The notes below the pieces were generated by a model, which was not told where the DNA came from, did not search any database, and saw only the letters and a list, made by a program, of their open reading frames with translations. From an uncultured Alphaproteobacteria bacterium (GTDB lineage: Bacteria; Pseudomonadota; Alphaproteobacteria; Methylaequorales; Methylaequoraceae): 64,000 nucleotides of DNA. The DNA is taken from NCBI GenBank assembly GCA_902526175.1, contig CABZJY010000005.1, forward strand, positions 11,711 to 75,710, written 5' to 3'. This document shows positions 1 to 10,278 of this stretch, in pieces. How positions within the stretch are numbered: position 1 is the first letter of the stretch; every line of letters begins with the position of its first letter. Position numbers and translations under genes: made by a program.

Positions 1-2
1 CC

Positions 3-92
3 CCAAAGAATATAAAAACAATTGGGTTTGCTGCTATTGGTGGTGATTTTGATGCTGAACTGGATATTAAAAGAATAATTTTATACAAATAA
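3..92 (+). CDS. 3' end of a gene truncated by the window edge, probably CIA30 family
   Basis: Manual translation PKNIKTIGFAAIGGDFDAELDIKRIILYK* resembles the CIA30-family C-terminus; stop 4 nt before the next gene. Confidence 0.5.
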   Translation, partial: PKNIKTIGFAAIGGDFDAELDIKRIILYK

Positions 93-96
93 ATTT

Positions 97-384
97 GTGA
101 AAAAAACAAAAATACCGCAAACCAGGGTAAAAAACCCTGAACCAGATGTAAGAACAGTAGACTGGATTATTTGGGCTGCTTGGGCCGATAGGATTACATT
201 TGAAGAAATTTTTGAAAAGACTGGAAAAAAAGAAAGTGAAGTCATCAAAATTATGAGAAGAACATTAAAACCAAAAAGTTTTCAAAATTGGAGAAAAAGA
301 GTAAGAGAAAAATCAATAAAACATAGAAGCTTGTTTAAAAAAAAAAGGGAAAAAGAATCAAGAAAAACAAATTTTATTATTTAG
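97..384 (+). CDS. TIGR03643/DUF2805 family protein
   Basis: IIWAAWADRITFEEI...EVIKIMRRTLKPKSFQNWRKRV matches the family pattern. Confidence 0.75.
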   Translation: MKKTKIPQTRVKNPEPDVRTVDWIIWAAWADRITFEEIFEKTGKKESEVIKIMRRTLKPKSFQNWRKRVREKSIKHRSLFKKKREKESRKTNFII

Positions 385-823
385 CTAACGCTTTCTTAGC
401 TTTTTCTTTAGCTAATGATGATTCTTTTCCAGTTATATGAAAAAGACCAGAAACTTTCCTGATAAGTCCAGTCTCAAAGTCATCTACCTCGTTATCAACA
501 AGAATTATTTCCCACATGAATTGAAATAATTCAAGTATTTGTTCATGGTCAAATGTGTCCCTAATTTCTTTTGTTAGTGAATACATTTCTACTGAATTAG
601 TAGTTTCATCTAAAGCCTTATCAATGATGTCGTCAATTTGCTTATCATCAGAATAGGCTTTGTTTCTTCTTAAAATATCCTTAATTTTTGTTAGTTCACT
701 TTCATCAAAGCTGTCATCACTTTTCGCAACTTCTATCAGAAGACACGCAATAAGATCAATTTGCTCCTTTTTCTGGAGTTGATTGATATTTTTTTTATCC
801 TTATTAAAAAAATCCTTTAACAT
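377..823 (-). CDS. TerB family (tellurite resistance-like) protein
   Basis: LLIEVAKSDDSFDESE and WEIILVDNEVDDFETGLIRKVSGL motifs. Confidence 0.8.
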   Translation of the reverse strand: MLKDFFNKDKKNINQLQKKEQIDLIACLLIEVAKSDDSFDESELTKIKDILRRNKAYSDDKQIDDIIDKALDETTNSVEMYSLTKEIRDTFDHEQILELFQFMWEIILVDNEVDDFETGLIRKVSGLFHITGKESSLAKEKAKKALAK

Positions 824-897
824 CGTAAAATCCTAAATTATTTACAATACACTTTTTAATTGTATACTAACAAGAATTAATTAATATTGGAGTTAAT

Positions 898-3408
898 TTG
901 TTTTTTATTTTTTTTTTAATATTTTTAATTAGCAATATAGTTGTTAATCAACTCTATTCACAGGAAGAAATTCTTGTTGCACCTGACGTAAATGTTATTT
1001 CTGTGTCACCGGTTCAAGGTTCAGGTTTAGATATTGAAAGAGTACCTGGTAAAGTCCAAATTCTAAATAGAGAAAAGCTTGATAAAAAGAAGAACTTTTC
1101 AATCACTGAAACACTTAATAGAGAAGCAAGTGGGATTTCAATTTTTAATTTAAATAGCTCTCCAATGCAAAATGATATTAATTTTAGAGGTTATGTTGGT
1201 GGTCCACTCTTAGGTACAGCTCAATCAATAGCGGTTTACCAAAATGGTATGAGGGTAAATGAATCTTTTGGTGAGGTAGTCCAGTGGGACCTTGTTCCAG
1301 ATTTTGCAGTTAACAATATGCAAGTTTTTGCTGGAGGTGATCCTATATTCGGACAAAATGCTATTGGTGGTGCAGTAACAATGGAAATGAAAAATGGATT
1401 TAATTTTGAAGGTGGAAATTTAACCACTTCTGGAGGAATTTATGGTCGTACAAACGAAGTACTTGAGTACGGTAAGCAGTTTGATGATGTTGGAATATAT
1501 CTTGGAGCTAATTTTAATCATGACGCTGGTTGGAGAGACCACTCAGAATCATATCTAAATACTGTTTTCGGTGATGTGCGATATAGAACTAATGACAATA
1601 CAGAGTTATTTGTTAATTTTGGACAAGCTTACACTGATATAAGAGGTAATGGTGCTGTTCCACTCACTTTGATGGACTTAGAAGGTAGAGAAGCTGTGTA
1701 TACTTACCCTGATAATACTCATAACAAAAATTATTATGTAAATTTTGGAGGTAATCATTTTGTTAATGATAATTTATCTTTCCAAGGTAACATTTACTAT
1801 CGCCATATGGAGAGAAGGAACTACAATGGTGACGAGTTTGAAGCAGGTGACTGTGGAAAAGGATATAATTTTGATAGAGGTACTGCTGATGGAATTTTAT
1901 GTTCGGAATTAGAGGTTACAGGAGGATCTGACGAAACTTATCTTGATTTGGCTGGAAATACAATTAATTACACAGCATTAGGTTTATCCCTTGAAGATGA
2001 TGAAAATGAAGTAGAAAGTATTGGTGCTATTAACAGGTCTAATACTAAGCAAAATCAAATGGGATTAAACTTTCAATCAACTTATGATTATAACTATTTG
2101 AACAAAAGCAACACGCTTATTACAGGTTTAACCTATGAATTTTCACACAACAGTTTTGCCTCCTCTACAGAATTAGGTATTATTCAAGGTGATAGAGGCG
2201 TGCAAGGAACAGGAGTTCTTTTAAGCCAAGATTCAGAAGGTGAAAATATTTTTATTACAAACCTTGAAGCCACAACACATAATGTAGCTATCTATGGTTC
2301 GAATACTATAGATCTTGATAATGTGACATCATTAAATCTGTCTGGAAGATGGAACTGGGCGTCCTTAAAAATGGATGATCAATATTCAACCGCACTTGAG
2401 GGACACCACTTCTTTAACAAATTTAATCCTGGCGTTGGAATAACAAGAAAATTTGGAGATATAGGTGAAATATTTAAAAATACTTCTGCTTATGCAACGT
2501 ATAAAGAGTCTAGCCGTACTCCTTCTGTCGCCGAATTAGGTTGTGCAGATCCTGATCAACCATGTAGATTACCTAATTCCTTTCAAGCAGATCCACCATT
2601 AGACCAGGTAAAAAATAGAAGTTTTGAAATTGGTGCTCGTGGTTTTACGAAGGCGTATAAACTTTTTGATATGGATCACAACATCAAATGGGATGCAACA
2701 GCATTCGCTGGTCGTAATTACAACGATATCATCTTTATTGGTGGTAACAGGGTTGGAACTGGCTATTTTAGAAATGTTGGAAACACTCAAAGGATGGGTG
2801 CAGAGTTTGCTTTAAACGGAAAACTTGGTGAAAAATGGACATGGTATAGTAATTATTCTTATGTTAGAGCATCATTTGAAACCCATCAAAAAATAGCAAG
2901 TGCTGGGCACTCTGAAAACCCATTTTCATGTTCAGGTCCAGAGGAATATGGAGCCAATGCAACTGGTGATACAAACGCAACAAATGACCAATCTTCTTGT
3001 GAATCTAATGAAGCTTATCAAATACAAGTTGGTCCAGGAGATGCTATTCCTGGAATATCTCCACATATAGGTAGAGTGGGACTAGGATACACACCATATA
3101 AAAACCTAAATTTCTTTTTAGATGCCGAATATAATTCTCAACAATTTTACAGAGGAGACGAAAACAATGCTGAAGGCAGACAGGTTCCAGGCTATTTTCT
3201 ACTAAACGCATCTGCAGAATATACAATTACTAGGTCAAATGGTATGAATTCAGTATTTTTTATTGAAGGAAGAAATCTTTTTAATGAGAATTATGAAACA
3301 GGTGGAATCTTAGCGGAAAATGAAGTTGATGGTACAGGGGGAAGTGGTACCTTCGTTACTCCAGGACAGCCAACAACAATATTTGCAGGGGTACATGTTC
3401 GCTGGTAA
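898..3408 (+). CDS. TonB-dependent outer-membrane receptor, candidate lanthanide-uptake (LutH/LanA-like) type
   Basis: Signal peptide, plug domain (INFRG...NAIGGAV), barrel ending in aromatic W; ELGCADPDQPCRLPNSFQADPPL motif; TTG start with GGAG 5 nt upstream. The lanthanide role is inference. Confidence 0.9.
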   Translation: MFFIFFLIFLISNIVVNQLYSQEEILVAPDVNVISVSPVQGSGLDIERVPGKVQILNREKLDKKKNFSITETLNREASGISIFNLNSSPMQNDINFRGYVGGPLLGTAQSIAVYQNGMRVNESFGEVVQWDLVPDFAVNNMQVFAGGDPIFGQNAIGGAVTMEMKNGFNFEGGNLTTSGGIYGRTNEVLEYGKQFDDVGIYLGANFNHDAGWRDHSESYLNTVFGDVRYRTNDNTELFVNFGQAYTDIRGNGAVPLTLMDLEGREAVYTYPDNTHNKNYYVNFGGNHFVNDNLSFQGNIYYRHMERRNYNGDEFEAGDCGKGYNFDRGTADGILCSELEVTGGSDETYLDLAGNTINYTALGLSLEDDENEVESIGAINRSNTKQNQMGLNFQSTYDYNYLNKSNTLITGLTYEFSHNSFASSTELGIIQGDRGVQGTGVLLSQDSEGENIFITNLEATTHNVAIYGSNTIDLDNVTSLNLSGRWNWASLKMDDQYSTALEGHHFFNKFNPGVGITRKFGDIGEIFKNTSAYATYKESSRTPSVAELGCADPDQPCRLPNSFQADPPLDQVKNRSFEIGARGFTKAYKLFDMDHNIKWDATAFAGRNYNDIIFIGGNRVGTGYFRNVGNTQRMGAEFALNGKLGEKWTWYSNYSYVRASFETHQKIASAGHSENPFSCSGPEEYGANATGDTNATNDQSSCESNEAYQIQVGPGDAIPGISPHIGRVGLGYTPYKNLNFFLDAEYNSQQFYRGDENNAEGRQVPGYFLLNASAEYTITRSNGMNSVFFIEGRNLFNENYETGGILAENEVDGTGGSGTFVTPGQPTTIFAGVHVRW

Positions 3409-3535
3409 TTCATTAAAAAATAAGAAGTTGAATTTCTAAACTAGTTTTTAATAATCAATTTGGAATATCTGTTTAGAATTTAAAAAGTTGTCTTTGCTTA
3501 TAATTTTTAGAAAAGATCTTCCCATATTATACTAA

Positions 3536-3760
3536 ATGTTACAAAGAACACTTATCATAGTTGGAATTTTGTTTATATTGATAGGTCTGTTTTATCTATT
3601 AATCAAAGATATCGGATTTGGTAAATTGCCTGGTGATATAATAGTAAAAAGTGGTAATTTTTCTTTATATTTCCCAATAATTACCTGTTTGATTGTGAGT
3701 GTAGTGCTAAGTATTTTATATATTTTTTATTTAAGGAAAAGCAAAGAATTATTTTGCTAG
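3536..3760 (+). CDS. DUF2905 small membrane protein
   Basis: GKLPGDI...FSLYFPIITCLIVSVVLS signature. Confidence 0.8.
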   Translation: MLQRTLIIVGILFILIGLFYLLIKDIGFGKLPGDIIVKSGNFSLYFPIITCLIVSVVLSILYIFYLRKSKELFC

Positions 3761-5173
3761 AGGTATATTATCAAATAAATCAGCATTCATCCATAAATGA
3801 ACTACTACACCGGCTGCATAGCCTAACAAAATGGCCCAAGACCATTTAAGATGAGAAAAGAATGTATATACTCCACGAGCCTGACCCATTAGAGCCACAC
3901 CAGCTGCGGAACCAATTGAAAGTAGTGAACCACCGACTCCGGCAGTTAAAGTAATTAATAACCATTGGCCCATATCCATCTCTGGGTGAGCTGTTAATAC
4001 TGCATAGACTATTGGAATATTATCTATAATTGCTGATAAAAAACCCACCAGTATGTTGGCATATGTTGGCCCGAGAGTACCGTACATATCATTGGAAATC
4101 AAACTAAGATAACCTAAAGCTGCTAGCCCACCTACTGATACTAAAATACCATAGAAAAATAGTAATGTGTCCCACTCAGCTCTTCCTGTTTGAACAAAAA
4201 TATCAAATTTGTTATTTTTAGGATATTTGGTTTTTAGAAAATATCCATAAGTCCCAAGAGCTCCCAATCCAAACATCATCCCAAAAACTGGTGGCATATG
4301 CAAAATTTGATGTCCTGAAACTGTAAAAATAATAGTGAAAATCCCAAGTGCTGCAATAACCTGTCCTCCAGGAAGGATTTCAACTTTTTTTCCATCACCT
4401 TCAGGAATTTTATTTGAAATGAAAAGTGACATTATCACAGCTGGAATTATGTATGTTACAACTGAAGGAACAAAAATATTGAAAAAGTCAAAAAATGATA
4501 CGAAACCTCTTTGCCAAATCATAAGCGTTGTTATATCTCCAAATGGTGAAAACGCACCACCAGCATTAGCTGAGACAACTATATTAATCATTCCAATTGT
4601 TATGAAGTTTTTATTACCTTTACCTACAACTAGTACGACTGTGCCTAGAATTAAGGCTGTTGTGAGATTGTCTGCAATTGGTGAAAGAAAAAAAGCTATT
4701 ACACCGGTAATCCAGAAAATTTTCTTAAAACTGAATTGATTATTTGACAACCAAGAACATAAAGCGTCAAAAACTCTCCTCTCCGTTAATGAGTTTACAA
4801 AGGTCATAGCAACAAATAGAAAAAAGAATAATTCAGCAAATTCTAGAATGAGGTGTTTAAATTGCTTCTCTGCCCAATGCGTAGATAGATTTGGATCATT
4901 ACTAGCGTATAAAGCAATCACACCCCAGATAATTGTAGCTGCCAATATGACCGGTTTTGCTTTTCTATAATGTGTATATTCCTCAGCCATAACAAAAGCG
5001 TAGGCTACTACAAAAATAAGTAAACAAAATATCCCGATAGGGCTAAGTACCAAGTCTAATGATATAGGTTCATCACCAGTAGTTGCAGCATTTAAAATTT
5101 CAGGGAAGCAAATGGCAAATAGAGAAGCTAGAAATAAAGATAAAAAGGTTGTTCTAAAGTTTATCATTTCCAA
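3749..5173 (-). CDS. nhaD: Na+/H+ antiporter NhaD
   Basis: SPIADNLTTAL, ANAGGAFSPFGDITT, SAIIDNIP and GGSLLSIGSAAG motifs. Confidence 0.9.
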   Translation of the reverse strand: MEMINFRTTFLSLFLASLFAICFPEILNAATTGDEPISLDLVLSPIGIFCLLIFVVAYAFVMAEEYTHYRKAKPVILAATIIWGVIALYASNDPNLSTHWAEKQFKHLILEFAELFFFLFVAMTFVNSLTERRVFDALCSWLSNNQFSFKKIFWITGVIAFFLSPIADNLTTALILGTVVLVVGKGNKNFITIGMINIVVSANAGGAFSPFGDITTLMIWQRGFVSFFDFFNIFVPSVVTYIIPAVIMSLFISNKIPEGDGKKVEILPGGQVIAALGIFTIIFTVSGHQILHMPPVFGMMFGLGALGTYGYFLKTKYPKNNKFDIFVQTGRAEWDTLLFFYGILVSVGGLAALGYLSLISNDMYGTLGPTYANILVGFLSAIIDNIPIVYAVLTAHPEMDMGQWLLITLTAGVGGSLLSIGSAAGVALMGQARGVYTFFSHLKWSWAILLGYAAGVVVHLWMNADLFDNIPLAK

Positions 5174-5208
5174 ATATAATTAACGTCAATATATATATAT
5201 GAGATAAA

Positions 5209-6555
5209 ATGACAATAAAAAAAAAAAACAAATCTATTTTTTTTAGTTTCAAGTCAAATGATGAACCTTCAAAAAGATTTAATCGAAAGTTTTCATTCCC
5301 AGATGATTACATGTTAGATGACGATTGTAATATCTATGTTTTTCTTCACAACTTTTCTGAATTTACAACTCTTGAAAAAAACTATTTTATGATTTTAATA
5401 GGAATGAAGCTTTTTAATTTTTCCAAAAACTTCAACTTTTCAATTTCAAATTTAAATAGTAAAAGATACTTAGCTAATGTTGCTTTAGGCTGGAAACTAG
5501 GGCAGTATAAGTTTGAAAAATTTAAGTCAAAAAAAATTCTCAATAAGAAAAATAAAAATTTACAGGTCTCACAAAGTGTTAAAGATTTAGCCGATGTTAT
5601 TTTTTTGGTAAGAGATTTAATAAATACTCCAGCTAATCTACTTGGTCCGAAAGAAATAAATGATATTGCTAATGATCAATTTAAAAAAATTGTTAATTCA
5701 AAAAAAATTTACCATTCGTCAGTTTTAAAAAAAAAATTCCCTTTGATCTATGAAGTGGGTAAAGCTGCAGATGAATCAAAACAACCTATTCTCTCAGAAT
5801 TTAATTGGAGAAATAAAAAAAGAGGTAAGAAAAAAAAAATTATTATAATAGGAAAAGGAGTTTCGTTTGATACAGGGGGACTAAATTTAAAACTTGGATC
5901 AGGAATGAGCTTAATGAAAAAGGATATGGGGGGAGCGGCAAATTGCATTGGTTTGTCAAAATTAATTATTAAAGAAGAAATTGATGTAGACTTAAAACTT
6001 TTGCTTTGCCTCGTTGAAAACTCAGTTTCATCAAAGTCTATGAGACCTTCAGATATTGTTAAAAGTAGAAAAGGAACTTTTGTAGAAATAAAAGATACTG
6101 ATGCAGAAGGAAGACTAATAATGGCTGATGCATTAGCTTACGCATGTGAATCAAAACCGGATCTAATAATAGATCTAGCAACACTTACAGGAGCCTCAAG
6201 AGTTGCTTTAGGACAAGAGATACCAAGTTTTTTTTGTAATGATAAACTTATATCACAAAAATTAATCAAATCATCTGAAGCAGTTGGAGATCCTTTATGG
6301 GAGTTGCCATTGTGGAAGAATTACTCTTCATTACTAAAATCCCAACACGCAGATTTAAGTAATATCAGTTCTGGACCATTTGGAGGAGCGATTACTGCAG
6401 CATTATTCCTGGAAGAATTTGTGTCGAAAAACATACCCTGGATACACATAGATATGATGGCTTGGACAAATGGAAATCGTTTTTGTAGTTATCAAGGTGG
6501 TGAGGCTATGGGCATTAGAGCGCTCAGTCACTTGTTAAAAGAAATATCAAGATAG
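5209..6555 (+). CDS. M17 leucyl aminopeptidase family protein
   Basis: GKGVSFDTGG, MKKDMGGAA and DTDAEGRL metal-binding motifs. Confidence 0.92.
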   Translation: MTIKKKNKSIFFSFKSNDEPSKRFNRKFSFPDDYMLDDDCNIYVFLHNFSEFTTLEKNYFMILIGMKLFNFSKNFNFSISNLNSKRYLANVALGWKLGQYKFEKFKSKKILNKKNKNLQVSQSVKDLADVIFLVRDLINTPANLLGPKEINDIANDQFKKIVNSKKIYHSSVLKKKFPLIYEVGKAADESKQPILSEFNWRNKKRGKKKKIIIIGKGVSFDTGGLNLKLGSGMSLMKKDMGGAANCIGLSKLIIKEEIDVDLKLLLCLVENSVSSKSMRPSDIVKSRKGTFVEIKDTDAEGRLIMADALAYACESKPDLIIDLATLTGASRVALGQEIPSFFCNDKLISQKLIKSSEAVGDPLWELPLWKNYSSLLKSQHADLSNISSGPFGGAITAALFLEEFVSKNIPWIHIDMMAWTNGNRFCSYQGGEAMGIRALSHLLKEISR

Positions 6556-6559
6556 TCAA

Positions 6560-8149
6560 CTACAAAAAAGCCGATTTTATTAAATTTTTGGTGTAACTGT
6601 CTCTGGGTTTTTCAAATATAGTTTTTTTATTTCCATACTCAATTTCTTTACCATCTTTCATAACAAGAATATTATCTGACAATGCCTTGATAACCTTAAG
6701 GTCATGGCTAATAAAGATGTATGTTAACTTATCTTTTTTCTGAAGTTTTAATAATAAATCTATTATCTGTGATTGAACTGTCATATCTAAAGCGCTGGTT
6801 GGTTCATCAAGTATAATTAGATCAGGTTTAAGTATAAGAGCTCTAGCAATTGCGATTCTTTGTCTCTGTCCACCAGAAAATTCATGAGGATAACGATTTA
6901 ACATATCAAAATCTAACCCAACTTCATTGATGATCTCATGTATTAAATTGTTACGATTTTTTTTACTACCAATTTTGTGAACAGTTAAGCCCTCTCCAAT
7001 TATATCATATACATTCATTCTTGGGCTTAAAGATGCAAAAGGGTCCTGAAAAATTATTTGGATATTTTTCCTCAAACTTCTAAATGAAGCTTCATTCATA
7101 TTAGAAATTTTTTGTTTTTTGAAATATAGCTCACCATTAAAATCAATTAAATTTAAAATTGCCTGAGCGAGAGAGGATTTACCAGAACCGCTTTCACCAA
7201 CAATTCCTAATGTTTCACCTTTCCTTACAGAGAAACTTATTTTTTTAACAGCACTAAATTTAGATTTCTTATCAAAGAAAAAATTACTTTTAAGCTTATA
7301 GTCAACACTTATTTTTTTTGCTTCAATAATAACATCACTATTCTTATAATCTAAATTAGTTTTATTTTTAGGAACGCAATTTATCAAAGCCTTAGTGTAA
7401 GAGTGACTTGGATTTTCAAAAACTTTCTTAGTTGTACCTTGTTCAACTATTTTTCCTTTTTTCATCACACACACAAAGTGAGAAATTTTTTTTACAACAT
7501 TTAAATCGTGGGAGATTATCAAAAGTGACATACCAATTCTTTTTCTTAATTCATCAAGTAATTGCAAAATTTGTTTTTGAATCGTTACATCAAGTGCTGT
7601 AGTTGGTTCATCTGCGATTAAAATATCGGGATTGTTTGCAATTGCCATTGCAATCATAATTCTTTGTCTTTGCCCCCCAGATAATTGATGAGGATAGTCA
7701 TCAAGCCTAGTTTCTGCTTCTTTGATTCCGACAAGGTTTAAAAGATTAATACATTTTTTTTCCTGGACATCTTTTTTTATATTTATACCATTTTCCAAAC
7801 ACTCAATAATTTGTTTTTTTATAGTGTGCAATGGATTTAATGAAGTCATTGGTTCTTGAAAAATCATTGAGATTTTTTTCCCCCTAATATCCATTAATTT
7901 TCTTTCAGGAATTGATAATATATCTTTATTATTAAAAATAATTTTTCCTGAGATAGATGTTTTTGAATTTTTTGATAAAAGTTTAAGAATTGAAAGTGCA
8001 GTTACTGATTTTCCTGAACCACTTTCTCCTACAATTGCAAGTGTTTTACCTTTAGAAACTGTGAATGTGCTATTTTTGACTGCTTCAATATTGTTTTTGT
8101 TAACATTGAAAGAGACACTTAATTCTTTAACATCAAGAATTTTAGACAT
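6560..8149 (-). CDS. yejF: Peptide ABC transporter ATP-binding protein with two NBDs (YejF-like)
   Basis: Two GESGSGKS Walker A and two LSGGQRQR/FSGGQRQR signatures; operon context. Confidence 0.85.
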   Translation of the reverse strand: MSKILDVKELSVSFNVNKNNIEAVKNSTFTVSKGKTLAIVGESGSGKSVTALSILKLLSKNSKTSISGKIIFNNKDILSIPERKLMDIRGKKISMIFQEPMTSLNPLHTIKKQIIECLENGINIKKDVQEKKCINLLNLVGIKEAETRLDDYPHQLSGGQRQRIMIAMAIANNPDILIADEPTTALDVTIQKQILQLLDELRKRIGMSLLIISHDLNVVKKISHFVCVMKKGKIVEQGTTKKVFENPSHSYTKALINCVPKNKTNLDYKNSDVIIEAKKISVDYKLKSNFFFDKKSKFSAVKKISFSVRKGETLGIVGESGSGKSSLAQAILNLIDFNGELYFKKQKISNMNEASFRSLRKNIQIIFQDPFASLSPRMNVYDIIGEGLTVHKIGSKKNRNNLIHEIINEVGLDFDMLNRYPHEFSGGQRQRIAIARALILKPDLIILDEPTSALDMTVQSQIIDLLLKLQKKDKLTYIFISHDLKVIKALSDNILVMKDGKEIEYGNKKTIFEKPRDSYTKNLIKSAFL

Positions 8150-9171
8150 TATTTCACCTTTCTTGGGTCAAAGGCATCTCTGACTGCTTCACCAATAAAT
8201 ACTAGTAAACTTAATTGAAGTGATAATGTTATAAATGCCGATAAACCTAACCAAGGTGCTTGTAAGTTAGCTTTACCTTGTGCCACCATTTCACCTAAAG
8301 AAGGTGAACCTGGAGGTAACCCAAATCCTAAAAAGTCCAAAGAGGTAAGTGTGGCGATTGATCCAGATAATATAAATGGTAACAAAGTTAAAGTTGCAAC
8401 CATTGCATTAGGTAAAACGTGCCTTATCATTATCTTCCAATCGCTTACTCCAAGTGCTTTTGCAGCTTTTACATATTCAAAATTTCTTGCTCTTAGAAAT
8501 TCTGCTCTTACAACACCCTCAAGAGCCATCCAGCTAAATAGTAACATTATGAGTAATAAAATCCAAAAACTCGGTTCTACAAAACTTGAGATAATAATTA
8601 AAAGGTATAGTACAGGTAACCCTGACCAAACTTCTATAATTCTTTGTCCAAATAAGTCAATTTTTCCTCCAAAGTAACCTTGAATTCCACCAACAGCTAC
8701 TCCTATAATTGTAGATAAAATAGTTAAAATTAGTCCAAAAAAAACAGAGATTCTAAAGCCATATATTAATCTTGAAAGAACATCACGTCCCTGATCATCA
8801 GTTCCAAGAATATTTTCAAGACTTGGCGGAGATGGCGATGGTACATTTAAATCATAATTAATAGTTTCATATGAGTATTCTATTAATGGCATAACAAAAA
8901 AACCGTTTTTATTTATTAGTTCAATAACAAATGGATCTTTATAGTCTGCCTCTGTTTCAAACTCTCCTCCAAAGAATGTTTCAGGTATACTTTCAATTAC
9001 AGGAAATAAAATTTTTTTATCATAAAAAACAAATAAAGGTTTATCATTAGCTATAAAATCAGCAAAAATAGAAACTAAAAACATTGAAAGAAAAATGTAA
9101 GTAGAATAAAGACCTCTTTTATTGTTTTTGAAGTTTTCTATTCTTCTCAGAGTTAGTGGCGAAAAATTCAT
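8149..9171 (-). CDS. yejE: Peptide ABC transporter permease YejE
   Basis: FFGGEFETEADYKDP, LGTDDQGRDV, EMVAQGKANLQAPWLG. Confidence 0.88.
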   Translation of the reverse strand: MNFSPLTLRRIENFKNNKRGLYSTYIFLSMFLVSIFADFIANDKPLFVFYDKKILFPVIESIPETFFGGEFETEADYKDPFVIELINKNGFFVMPLIEYSYETINYDLNVPSPSPPSLENILGTDDQGRDVLSRLIYGFRISVFFGLILTILSTIIGVAVGGIQGYFGGKIDLFGQRIIEVWSGLPVLYLLIIISSFVEPSFWILLLIMLLFSWMALEGVVRAEFLRARNFEYVKAAKALGVSDWKIMIRHVLPNAMVATLTLLPFILSGSIATLTSLDFLGFGLPPGSPSLGEMVAQGKANLQAPWLGLSAFITLSLQLSLLVFIGEAVRDAFDPRKVK

Positions 9172-9177
9172 ATTTTT

Positions 9178-10278
9178 TTACCTTGTTTCAAAATCAATTC
9201 TTGGATCAATCAAGACGTACGTTAAGTCACTTATTAGTTTTAGCAATAATCCAATTAGTGTGAAAATATACAAGCTTCCGAAAACAACAGGGTAATCCCT
9301 GCCGAGAGCTGCTTCAAAGCCAAGCAAACCTAAACCATCAAGTGAAAAAATTACTTCTATTAATAAAGATGAAGTGAATAAAATATTAATAAATGCTGCC
9401 GGAAATCCTGAAATGACAATGAGCATTGCATTCCTGAACACATGTCCGTAAAGAACTTTCTTTTCACTTATTCCTTTTGCGCGAGCTGTCACAACATACT
9501 GCTTGTTTATTTCATCAAGAAATGCATTTTTGGTTAACATGGTTAGACTCGCAAAACCACCAATTACCATAGCTAAAATTGGAAGTGCTAAATGCCAAAA
9601 ATAATCTTTTATTTTATTTAGTGTGCTTAATTCTGACCAATTATCTGAGACCAAGCCTCTGAGTGGAAAAAAATCAAAATAACTTCCCCCGGCAAAAAGT
9701 ACTATTAAAAAAATTGCAAATAAAAATCCTGGTATTGCATAACCAATAATTACTAAAGAAGATGTATAAATATCGAACTCAGATCCGTCTTTTACAGCTT
9801 TTTTAATACCTAAGGGGATAGAAATTAAATAAACTAAAAGTGTTGTCCATAATCCTAGTGAAATAGAAACAGGTAGTTTTTCAATAATTAATTCAATTAC
9901 CTTTTTGTCCTTGTAAAAGCTCTCACCGAAATCAAACAATACATAATTTTTTAACATTAAAAAAAACCTCTGATAAGCTGGTTTATCAAATCCATACTGT
10001 TTTTCTAATTCTTTTATTAGGTCTGGATCTATTCCTTGAGACCCCCTATATTTGGAATCGTTAAAGTTAGATTGTATTTTGTTCTGCGCCGTATTGGCTT
10101 GCTCTCCACCAGAGGTAGAAAATCTTTCTGTCACGGATACTTCATTTCCTTTAATTTGAGCTATTACTTTCTCAACGGGTCCTCCTGGGGCAGCTTGTAT
10201 TATTAAAAAATTTACAACTAATATTCCAAGCAAAGTTGGAATAATTAAAAAAATTCTTCTTAATATATAATCAATCAT
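9178..10278 (-). CDS. yejB: Peptide ABC transporter permease YejB
   Basis: [30 protein letters not shown]. Confidence 0.88.
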   Translation of the reverse strand: MIDYILRRIFLIIPTLLGILVVNFLIIQAAPGGPVEKVIAQIKGNEVSVTERFSTSGGEQANTAQNKIQSNFNDSKYRGSQGIDPDLIKELEKQYGFDKPAYQRFFLMLKNYVLFDFGESFYKDKKVIELIIEKLPVSISLGLWTTLLVYLISIPLGIKKAVKDGSEFDIYTSSLVIIGYAIPGFLFAIFLIVLFAGGSYFDFFPLRGLVSDNWSELSTLNKIKDYFWHLALPILAMVIGGFASLTMLTKNAFLDEINKQYVVTARAKGISEKKVLYGHVFRNAMLIVISGFPAAFINILFTSSLLIEVIFSLDGLGLLGFEAALGRDYPVVFGSLYIFTLIGLLLKLISDLTYVLIDPRIDFETR

